From Actinomycetes bacterium (GTDB taxonomy: Bacteria > Actinomycetota > Actinomycetes > Prado026): a DNA stretch of 22,064 bases. The notes under the pieces are model-generated. The model had not been told where the DNA came from and ran no database searches. It saw only the letters and a list, made by a program, of their open reading frames with translations. Both the position numbers and the translations under genes were made by a program. The stretch covers positions 1 through 22,064 of the forward strand of contig DAIPJR010000004.1 in the NCBI GenBank assembly GCA_036770165.1. The letters run 5' to 3'. Shown piece by piece: positions 9,190 to 16,099 of the stretch. Positions within the stretch are counted from its first letter, which is position 1. The number at the start of each line of letters is the position of its first letter.

Positions 9190-10185
9190 GGAGCCGCGCT
9201 GATCACCTTGACCGAGCTGCTGCCGTCGACGACGTAGACCTTGCCGGTCAGCGGGCTCGCTGCGACGTCGAGGGGCGACCCCCCGACGTGCACCCTCGCG
9301 ACGACGTGCAGCGTGCATCCGTCCACGACGTAGACGGCGCCGGCGTCGTAGCTCGCCACGAAGACCAGATGGGTCTGCGGGTCGACTGCCACTGCCAGGG
9401 ACGTGCCGCCGTGGGCCGCGTCGACGTGCACCCGGCCGACGACCCGGGCGGTCCGGACGGAGATCTCGGTGAGGGTGTCGTCCTGGGGGCTCGTCACGTA
9501 GACGAGCCCGGACCGCTGGTCGATGCCGACGTCGCCGCCGGCACGGCCCAGCGCGACCGTCGACGTGACCTTGTTCGTACGCTCGTCCACGACCCAGACC
9601 GAGCTGCCGCCGACGAGGAACACCTTGTGGGCCAACGGGTCCACGGCGAGCTGGAGCGGCTGGTCGGGCAAGGTGATCCTCGCGCGCACCTGGTGCGTCA
9701 CCACGTCGGCGACGGTGACGACATCGTCGTACACGCTGGTGGCGTACACGCGTCCGGTCACCGGGTCGACGGCCACCGCACCCGGCGCCCCCAGCCCGAG
9801 CGGGCCGGCGACGTCGATCACGGTCGCGACGTGCGTGGCCTCGTCGACGGCATACAGGTCGTCGTCGATCCCGGCGGCGAGCACCGTGCGCGTCGTCGGG
9901 TCGTCGGCCAGCCCGTACTCGCCGCAGCAGGGACCGTGGAGGGTCGCGCCGAGGGAGCCGGAAGCCCTGATCGCCGTGATGCGGCCGTCGTTGCCGTTGC
10001 CCACGTAGGCCGTGCCCGTACGGGAGTCGGCGGTCACGAGGACGGCACCGCCGGGCACGTGCACGGCGGTCACCGGGAAGGGGCTTGCCGCCAGAGCCGG
10101 CCCAGCCGTGAGCGGCAAGGCGCAGAGCGCGGCTGCGGCCAGCAGGGCGGCGGGCAGCACCGCTACGAGCCGGTGTCGGATCATC
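9186..10185 (-). CDS. Secreted YVTN-family beta-propeller repeat protein
   Basis: ATG at 10185 is preceded by the RBS AAGGGGGA. Signal peptide MIRHRLVAVLPAALLAAAALCALPLTAGPALA. Repeated VYVTS / VYATS / VFLVGG / VYVVDG blades. The ORF-track start at 10499 is too early (Arg-rich junk). Confidence 0.75.
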
Positions 10186-10375
10186 GGAGTCCCCCTTCGT
10201 GCGGTCGTCGGGGCGTCAGGTCGAGCGTCCCACGCGAGGAGAGGCGGCCGGACCGGCTCTACGTACAAACTTGCGTGCACTCCTTGACAGGCGCTCCGGC
10301 GCGCGAGGACCGTGATCGTCGCGGCCCGACCACGGAGGCGGGGGTCTGGCCGGTTGCGCACCAGCGGAGGTCGCC

Positions 10376-10945
10376 TTGTCGTCTGCACTCCGCGCCGCGA
10401 CGCGCGGCGCCACCCTCGCCTGTGCCGTGTTCGCCGGCTGCCTCGCCGTCGCCGCGTGCGGCTCGTCCAGCGCGCCGAGCCCGGCCGCGTCGACCGCACC
10501 GGCGAGCGCGGCCGCCTCGTCTCCGGCCGCGTCGGCTGCCGGGTCCACCGCTGCGGCGGCCGGCCAGGTGCCCACGTCGTGCGCGGCGGTCCCCGAGTCG
10601 CTGATCGCGTCCTACGCCGGCGCCGTCAAGTTCGTGACCTCGCTCGGGCACGCCGGTCAGGTCAGCTGCGAGTTCGCGAGCGCCGACGCGAAGAGCATCG
10701 TCATCGTGAACATCGGTCAGGGCACGCCCGCGCTGTTCGCGGTCGCCAAGGCGGCGGCCGCCGGAGGGGGCCGGACGATCACGCCCATCACAGGCCTCGG
10801 GGCGCAGGCGTTCAGCATCAGCAGGGCCGGTGTGGTCCGCGGCGTGGAAGCGCTGACCGACTCGAACCTGCTCGTGTCGGTCACCTCGACGTTGACCGCG
10901 ACGCAGGACGAGTCGCTGATCAAGGCGCTGATGCAGCTGTTCTGA
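10376..10945 (+). CDS. Small lipoprotein (DUF3558-like)
   Basis: TTG start 5 nt after GGAGG. Lipobox-like LAVAACG. The mature N-terminus is Ala/Ser/Pro-rich and low complexity, followed by conserved Cys residues. About 189 aa. Confidence 0.6.
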   Translation: MSSALRAATRGATLACAVFAGCLAVAACGSSSAPSPAASTAPASAAASSPAASAAGSTAAAAGQVPTSCAAVPESLIASYAGAVKFVTSLGHAGQVSCEFASADAKSIVIVNIGQGTPALFAVAKAAAAGGGRTITPITGLGAQAFSISRAGVVRGVEALTDSNLLVSVTSTLTATQDESLIKALMQLF

Positions 10946-11030
10946 CGGGGCCCGTCGGCGACAGGACGGCGTTCCGGTCGTCAGGGCGGCCGAGGCGTAC
11001 GCTGCCCGCAGCCAACGCGAGGGAGCGGTC

Positions 11031-12152
11031 ATGCCAGCCTTGAGGATCCGCGCGGGCCTGCTCGGGTGCGTGACGATCGCTGCCACGGTGACCGCGCTCC
11101 TCGTCCCGGCATCGGTGGCGTCCGCGGCGTCCGTGACTCCGGCTGCGACCACTGCGGCGCTCTGCCATCCCTCCAGCGGGCACGCGGCCTCCCTGCCCTC
11201 GCAGGGCAGCTTCGTGATCGGTGAAGGGCGGGTCTGGGAGGTCGCCGGCTGCGCTCTGCTGTACGTGTCGTCGTGGACGCCGTTCGGAGGTGGGCACCCC
11301 ATCACCGCCATCTCGACGGCTGACTTCCTCGCCGCGGTCGGCAACAAGATCGCCGACGGTGTCTTCATCCGCACGTTGCAGGACGGTCGGGTCTATCGCA
11401 CGGTCGGCGGGGCACCGGTCTACGTGTCCACCTGGGCGGCGTTCGGTGGACCGCAGGCGTCGGTCCCGATCGACGGGGCCGACCTCAGCCATGCCGGACT
11501 CGGCTTCCCGTGGTTCGCGGTGAGCTCCTCGCCCTCGTCCTTGACGCCGCAGTTCGTACGCACCCAGGTCGGGCGGGTCTACGAGATCGCCCACGGCACC
11601 CCGCTATACGTGACCAGCTGGGCGTCCCTCGGTGGTCCCCGGCCGACTGTGCTCGTCGACGAGACCGCCATCGATCGAGCCGGTGACCCGGGTCCGTGGC
11701 GGTTCCTCCACCGCTACCTCGCCGACGGGGACTTCCTGGAGGCGATCTTCTTTCCCGGCGACATCGTCGAGATGTACGTGATCGCCGGCGGCGCACCGAT
11801 CTACCTTCCGACGCTGGCCAACCTGCCCGCGGTCGACGTCGTCATCAAGATCAGCCATGACACCGTCGCGCGCGCCGGGAGCGGCGTCCAGTACGACCAC
11901 CTGAGGGCCCAGCCGGTCGACGGGACGTTCCTGTACGGCGTCTACGGTTCGACCGGAGGCCCCGGCATCCCGTCGCCGCTGTTCCACACGTACTGGACCA
12001 GTGGCGGTGCCGCTGTTCCAGTGACGAACGCTGCCAGCTGTCCCGGCGGTGGGGTCGCCATCGAGGACGAGGCCGTCGTGAAGGCCGGGACCGGCGGACG
12101 GTACGACCACCTGGCCGCCCTGCCGGCGCACCCGCCGACGCCGCCCTGCTAG
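11031..12152 (+). CDS. Secreted tandem-repeat protein of unknown family
   Basis: RBS GAGGGAG lies 6 nt upstream. Signal peptide present. About five internal repeats of roughly 40 aa with the consensus f[VI]R...GRVYe..gGAP[VI]YV[ST]sWA.fGGP. A duplicated AG[ST]G..YDHL[RA]A.P motif occurs near the C-terminus. Confidence 0.65.
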   Translation: MPALRIRAGLLGCVTIAATVTALLVPASVASAASVTPAATTAALCHPSSGHAASLPSQGSFVIGEGRVWEVAGCALLYVSSWTPFGGGHPITAISTADFLAAVGNKIADGVFIRTLQDGRVYRTVGGAPVYVSTWAAFGGPQASVPIDGADLSHAGLGFPWFAVSSSPSSLTPQFVRTQVGRVYEIAHGTPLYVTSWASLGGPRPTVLVDETAIDRAGDPGPWRFLHRYLADGDFLEAIFFPGDIVEMYVIAGGAPIYLPTLANLPAVDVVIKISHDTVARAGSGVQYDHLRAQPVDGTFLYGVYGSTGGPGIPSPLFHTYWTSGGAAVPVTNAASCPGGGVAIEDEAVVKAGTGGRYDHLAALPAHPPTPPC

Positions 12153-12199
12153 CTGCCGCCCTGCTAGCTGCCGGCCAGCTGCGGCCAGCTGCCGGCTAG
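12140..12199. repeat. Short tandem duplications at a convergent 3' junction (gccgccctgctag x2, ggccagctgc x2)
   Basis: Direct repeats are visible at 12140-12152 and 12155-12167, and at 12172-12181 and 12182-12191. Each first unit ends in CTAG. The final CTAG (12196-12199) supplies the TAG stop of the minus-strand flotillin gene. Confidence 0.6.
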
Positions 12200-13629
12200 G
12201 TCGCAGGCCCCTGCTCGGCTGCGTCCTCGCGCTTCTCGACCACCCGTCGAACGTGCGGCAGCTCGGGGGTCTTCGCCGCATCGCGCCTGGAATCAGTCGT
12301 CGCCGGCGGAGCCGAGTGCTCGGCCAGCAGGCTGCCTCGCAACGACTCGTACACCGCCAGGCCCTGTCCGACCACGCCGGTGATCGTCTGGCCGACGCCC
12401 TCGGCCCCGTTGAGGACCGTGAGGTTCGCTCCGGACAGGCTGCCCGCCGCGGCGCTGACCAGCTGGGGGAGCACGTCGATGAGCTTGTTGGCGGCGATGA
12501 GCGCCTGGTTGCCGTCGTTCAGAGCCTCGGCGCGGGCGTTGATCGCGTCGGCCTCTGCCGCGGCCACCGTCCGCTGCGAGTAGGCCTCGCCGTCGGCTGC
12601 CAGCTTGGCCGACTCGGAGGCGGCTGCTGCCGCCACCTTGACCGCATCGCCCTCGGCGTCGGCCAGGGTGCGCCGCTTGTGCGACTCCGCCTCGGCGGAC
12701 AGCTTCGTCGTGTCACGGCTCGCCTCGGCGAGGGTGCGCTGCCGGTAGGCCTCGGCCTCGGTCTTGAACTTCGTCGTGTCGCGCTCGGCTTCGGCGAGGG
12801 TGCGCTGGCGGTAGGCCTCCGCGTCCGCCGGACGGCGTACCTCGGCCTCGAGCTTCTTCTCCGTGAGGGCGGCCTCGCGCTCGGCGAGCAGGGTCTGCTG
12901 GGCGATGACCTCCTGAGTCGCCTGTGCCTGGGCGAGCGGACCGGACTGCGCCGCCCTCGCCTTGGCCTGCTCGACCTCTGCGGCAAAGCCGGCCTGCTTG
13001 ATCTCGGTGTCCCGGACGTACTCGGCCCGGAGCGCGGCCGCCTCCTGCTCGCGCTGGGTCGCCTCCTGGTCGGCCTTCGCGGCGGCGATCCGCGCGGCCG
13101 AGGCGACGGCGGCGGCGTGCGGTGCCGCGATGTTGGTGATGTACCCGGTCGAGTCCTCGATCTCCTGGACCTGGAGGGAGTCGACGACGATGCCGAGCTT
13201 CTCCATCTCGCCGTGGCTCCCGTCGCGGACCTCCTGGGCGAGCCGGTCGCGCTCGCGGATGATCTCCTCGACAGTCAGGCTGCCGATGATCGAGCGCAGG
13301 TGGCCGGCGAAGATCCGTCCGACCAGCTCCTCCATGCGGTCCTGCTCGGCGAGGAACCGGCGCGCCGCGTTGGCGATCGACACCGGGTCGTCGCCGACCT
13401 TGAACGCCGCCACGGCGCGGATCGACAGCGTGATGCCCTGCGTGGTGACGCAGTCCTCGGCGATCTCCGACTCTCGAAGCGACAGCGAGAGGATGCGGGC
13501 CTTCTGCTTCACCGGGAGGACGAAGCTGCCGTGCCCGGTGACGATGCGGAACTGCGTGTCCCCGGTCCGCCGGCGGGAGCCCGAGATCAGCAGGGCCTCG
13601 TTCGGTGCGGGTACGTGCCAGAACAACAT
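12196..13629 (-). CDS. Flotillin-like SPFH/Band-7 protein (FloT/YqiK type)
   Basis: ATG at 13629 with RBS AGGAG. N-terminal SPFH domain, followed by a long Ala/Glu/Arg/Gln-rich coiled-coil region (repeated EAYRQRTLAEA units) typical of flotillins. Confidence 0.85.
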   Translation of the reverse strand: MLFWHVPAPNEALLISGSRRRTGDTQFRIVTGHGSFVLPVKQKARILSLSLRESEIAEDCVTTQGITLSIRAVAAFKVGDDPVSIANAARRFLAEQDRMEELVGRIFAGHLRSIIGSLTVEEIIRERDRLAQEVRDGSHGEMEKLGIVVDSLQVQEIEDSTGYITNIAAPHAAAVASAARIAAAKADQEATQREQEAAALRAEYVRDTEIKQAGFAAEVEQAKARAAQSGPLAQAQATQEVIAQQTLLAEREAALTEKKLEAEVRRPADAEAYRQRTLAEAERDTTKFKTEAEAYRQRTLAEASRDTTKLSAEAESHKRRTLADAEGDAVKVAAAAASESAKLAADGEAYSQRTVAAAEADAINARAEALNDGNQALIAANKLIDVLPQLVSAAAGSLSGANLTVLNGAEGVGQTITGVVGQGLAVYESLRGSLLAEHSAPPATTDSRRDAAKTPELPHVRRVVEKREDAAEQGPAT

Positions 13630-13653
13630 GGGGAGCTCCTCGAGCTGTGGGCG

Positions 13654-13866
13654 TTACGGGCAGGGCGTGACGGTGACCGAACGGGCGGAGCGCGACTCCA
13701 CCACGATCACCCGGGCGTTCTTGGCAACGGGCTCGTCGCAGTAGGCCGAGAAGCCCTCGGTCCCGCCGCGTACCGGGAGCAGGACCTCACCGGGCCGCTC
13801 GACCGTGATGGGAACCGTCACGTAGCCGATCGTGCCGATCAGCTGCTGGTCGAGATCCTCTGCCAC
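13654..13866 (-). CDS. NfeD-like OB-fold protein (short; no TM segment)
   Basis: 70 aa, GTG start. LIGTIGYVTVPITVERPGEVLLPVRGGTEGFSAYCDEPVAKNARVIVVE matches the NfeD C-terminal beta-barrel. It lies 24 nt upstream of the flotillin gene, the classical nfeD-flotillin order. Confidence 0.6.
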   Translation of the reverse strand: MAEDLDQQLIGTIGYVTVPITVERPGEVLLPVRGGTEGFSAYCDEPVAKNARVIVVESRSARSVTVTPCP

Positions 13867-13924
13867 TTCCCCCGCCTCGCCTGACGCACGTCCTTCGTGC
13901 GGACCCCTTCACAGTAGACCGCCG

Positions 13925-14320
13925 CTAGTGCCGCCGCCGGAGGACGACAAGGCTCACCGTGTATGCCAGACCGCCGACCGCTGCGATGACTCCGTACCCG
14001 CCGATGTTGCCGCCGTCCCGTGCGGCGGACACGATCGCACCGATGATCGCGGCGAGCCCCATGGCCAGTCCTGCGAACGCGGTGGCGTCCTGGTCGAGCC
14101 GGCGCTGCCGCTCGTCGCCACCGGCACGCAGGATGGCACCGGTGTCGCTGTCCCGGCCCGACCAGACGTATGCGACGGCGGCGGCGACGGCGTAGAACGC
14201 CACGAGCCCCACTGCGAGCCCGTGCTGGCCGCCGATCCAGGTGGCGACGGCCAGGCCGCCGCCACCGACGACCAGCACGGCTGCGGTCGCGCCCCGATGG
14301 CCGGTCACGGTCTGGGTCAT
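13925..14320 (-). CDS. Small four-TM membrane protein (DUF2178-like partner of the XRE regulator)
   Basis: 131 aa with four hydrophobic segments. Its ATG overlaps the regulator's stop (ATGA). Confidence 0.6.
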   Translation of the reverse strand: MTQTVTGHRGATAAVLVVGGGGLAVATWIGGQHGLAVGLVAFYAVAAAVAYVWSGRDSDTGAILRAGGDERQRRLDQDATAFAGLAMGLAAIIGAIVSAARDGGNIGGYGVIAAVGGLAYTVSLVVLRRRH

Positions 14321-14532
14321 GACTCCTCCTCGTCCGGGCTGAAGATGTCCTCGACGGCGCTCTCGAAGGCCCGGGCTATCGCGAAGGCCAGGGGCAGCGA
14401 CGGCAGGTAGCGGCCCGTCTCGATCGAGTTGATCGTCTGCCGGGACACCCCGAGCGCGGCGCCGAGGTCGGCCTGAGAAAGGCCACCTGCTGTACGCAGC
14501 TCGCGGACCCGGTTCTTCACGGTGTCAAGCAT
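14317..14532 (-). CDS. XRE-family (Cro/CI-type) HTH transcriptional regulator, YozG-like
   Basis: MLDTVKNRVRELRTAGGLSQADLGAALGVSRQTINSIETGRYLPSLPLAFAIARAF is a canonical HTH_XRE sequence. The ATG lies at the centre of a perfect palindrome. An alternative GTG start is at 14541. Confidence 0.85.
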   Translation of the reverse strand: MLDTVKNRVRELRTAGGLSQADLGAALGVSRQTINSIETGRYLPSLPLAFAIARAFESAVEDIFSPDEEES

Positions 14533-14568
14533 GCTTGACACGGCTCAAGGTGTCAAGGGTCCTTGTCA
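14522..14568. promoter_or_regulatory. Two operator-like 7-4-7 inverted repeats, TGTCAAG-N4-CTTG(A/T)CA, in a divergent promoter region
   Basis: GTGTCAAGCATGCTTGACAC (14522-14541) is a perfect 20-bp palindrome. A second site, TGTCAAGggtcCTTGTCA, lies at 14551-14568, with a half-site gcTCAAG between them. The second site overlaps a candidate -35 TTGTCA. TATGTT at 14587-14592 lies 7 nt before the GTG at 14600, a geometry consistent with a leaderless promoter. Confidence 0.6.
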
Positions 14569-14599
14569 CTCCAGCGCGCCGCCTGGGTATGTTCCTCGC

Positions 14600-16099
14600 G
14601 TGACGCGACCGACCCACGACCTGCTGTTCGGCTCGTTCATCACCCCGTCGGCGGGGAGCCCGGAGGTCGCGGTCGCGCTGGCACAGCTGTCCGAGCGGGT
14701 CGGGCTGGACCTGGTCACGTTCCAGGACCACCCGTACCTGCCGCAGTTCGTCGACACGTGGACGCTGCTGTCCTACGTCGCGGCTCGCACCGACGTGATC
14801 CGCCTCGCGCCCAACGTGCTCAACCTGCCGCTGCGGCAGCCGGTCGTCCTCGCCAGGAGCGCGGCCAGCCTCGACCTTCTCAGCGATGGGCGCTTCGAGC
14901 TGGGCATCGGCGCAGGCGCGTTCTGGGACGCCATCGAGGCCTCGGGTGGACGCCGTCTCTCCGCTGGCCAGGCGATCGCGGCGCTGGAGGAGGCCATCCA
15001 CATCGTGCGCGAGGTGTGGGCAGCGGACGAGCGCGGCGGCGTGCGCGCCGACGGCACCTACTACCAGGTCGCGGGCGCGAAACGCGGGCCCGCTCCGGCG
15101 CACGACATCGCGGTGTGGGTCGGCGCGTACAAGCCTCGGATGCTCGCCCTCGTCGGCCGGGTAGCGGACGGCTGGTTGCCGTCGCTGTCCTACCTCGACG
15201 GCATCGAGCAGCTCGCGGACCTGAACGCCGTCATCGACGAGGCTGCGTCGTCGGCCGGCCGCGACCCCGCCGGGATCCGGCGGCTGCTCAACATCAACGG
15301 GTCGTTCGGGACGGCGTCGAAAGGCCTGCTGCAGGGGCCGGCGGACCAGTGGGTCGAGGAGCTCACCGGCATCGCGCTCGACTACGGCACGAGCGCGTTC
15401 ATCCTGGGCTCCGACGACCCTCGGATGCTCCAGGTGTTCGCGCAGGAGGTGGCCCCGGCAGTCCGCGAGGCCCTGGTCGACGACGTTCCACCTGACGATT
15501 CGTTTGATCTAGCACCACCAATCGTCAGGTCTAACCGCACCCAGATCTGGGACGAGGCGGAGCGACCGCACGGGCCGGATCCCGAGCCCGGTCGTACGTA
15601 CACCGCGCGCGGCCGTGCCGTCGGCGCCCACCTGGTCGAGGTGCACGACCACCTGCGCCGCGAGCTGGACCAGGTGCGCGACCTCGTCCGGCAGGTGCGC
15701 GAAGGGATCGTCGAGATCGGTGCGGCACGGTCGACGCTCAACGAGATGGCCCTTCGGCAGAACAGCTGGACGCTCGGCGGCTTCTGCGAGTCCTACTGCC
15801 GGGTGGTCACCGGCCACCACTCGCTCGAGGACGAGGCGGTGTTCCCGCACCTGCGGGCGAGCGACCCGCGTCTCGCGCCCGTGATCGACCGCCTCGAGGA
15901 GGAGCACCGCGCGATCCACCACGTGCTCGACCAGGTCGACGCGTCGCTCGTGCACCTGGTCGCCCACCCGGACGACGTCGACCGGGTGGGCGACGCTGTG
16001 GATCTGCTTGCCGACACCCTGCTCTCGCACCTGTCGTACGAGGAGCACGAGCTCGTAGAACCGTTGACCCGCCTAGGCTTCTACGACAACCAGGTCTGA
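14600..16099 (+). CDS. Fusion protein: LLM-class (luciferase-like) flavin-dependent oxidoreductase plus C-terminal hemerythrin-like (HHE) domain
   Basis: Residues 1 to about 295 are a luciferase-like monooxygenase fold (LNLPLRQPVVLARSAASLDLLSDGRFELGIGAG...). Residues from about 335 to 499 carry hemerythrin metal-ligand motifs (VHDHLRRE, GHHSLEDEAVFPHL, EEEHRAIHHVLD, LSHLSYEEHE). There is no stop codon between the two domains. The start is GTG 14600; the in-frame ATG at 14531 lies inside the operator palindrome. Confidence 0.7.
   Translation: MTRPTHDLLFGSFITPSAGSPEVAVALAQLSERVGLDLVTFQDHPYLPQFVDTWTLLSYVAARTDVIRLAPNVLNLPLRQPVVLARSAASLDLLSDGRFELGIGAGAFWDAIEASGGRRLSAGQAIAALEEAIHIVREVWAADERGGVRADGTYYQVAGAKRGPAPAHDIAVWVGAYKPRMLALVGRVADGWLPSLSYLDGIEQLADLNAVIDEAASSAGRDPAGIRRLLNINGSFGTASKGLLQGPADQWVEELTGIALDYGTSAFILGSDDPRMLQVFAQEVAPAVREALVDDVPPDDSFDLAPPIVRSNRTQIWDEAERPHGPDPEPGRTYTARGRAVGAHLVEVHDHLRRELDQVRDLVRQVREGIVEIGAARSTLNEMALRQNSWTLGGFCESYCRVVTGHHSLEDEAVFPHLRASDPRLAPVIDRLEEEHRAIHHVLDQVDASLVHLVAHPDDVDRVGDAVDLLADTLLSHLSYEEHELVEPLTRLGFYDNQV
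15491..15529. repeat. Copy 2 of the hairpin repeat, embedded in frame in the linker of the LLM-hemerythrin ORF
   Basis: Shares the identical 21-mer cctgacgattcgtttgatcta. Has a perfect 10-bp inverted repeat CCTGACGATT / AATCGTCAGG. In the ORF frame it translates as PDDSFDLAPPIVR. Confidence 0.7.

Noticed and set aside
9288-10604. 438-aa plus-strand ORF opposite the YVTN protein, and a 371-aa minus-strand ORF at 10259-11374
   Set aside because: Both are compositionally biased shadow ORFs. They overlap better-supported genes with signal peptides and domain motifs.
10946-10965. GACGGG-g-CCCGTC hairpin after the lipoprotein gene as a rho-independent terminator
   Set aside because: The stem is only 5-6 bp, the loop is 1-3 nt, and there is no U-tract. 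This is too weak to call.
12253-13884. 543-aa plus-strand ORF antisense to the flotillin and NfeD genes
   Set aside because: Shadow ORF. The flotillin coiled-coil and SPFH signatures are on the minus strand.
14531-14533. ATG inside the palindrome as the start of the LLM-hemerythrin gene (MLDTAQGVKG...)
   Set aside because: It would place both divergent start codons within the same 4 bp and leave no promoter space. GTG 14600 with the TTGTCA-18-TATGTT-7 geometry is more plausible. The apparent shared MLDT peptide is an artefact of the perfect palindrome.
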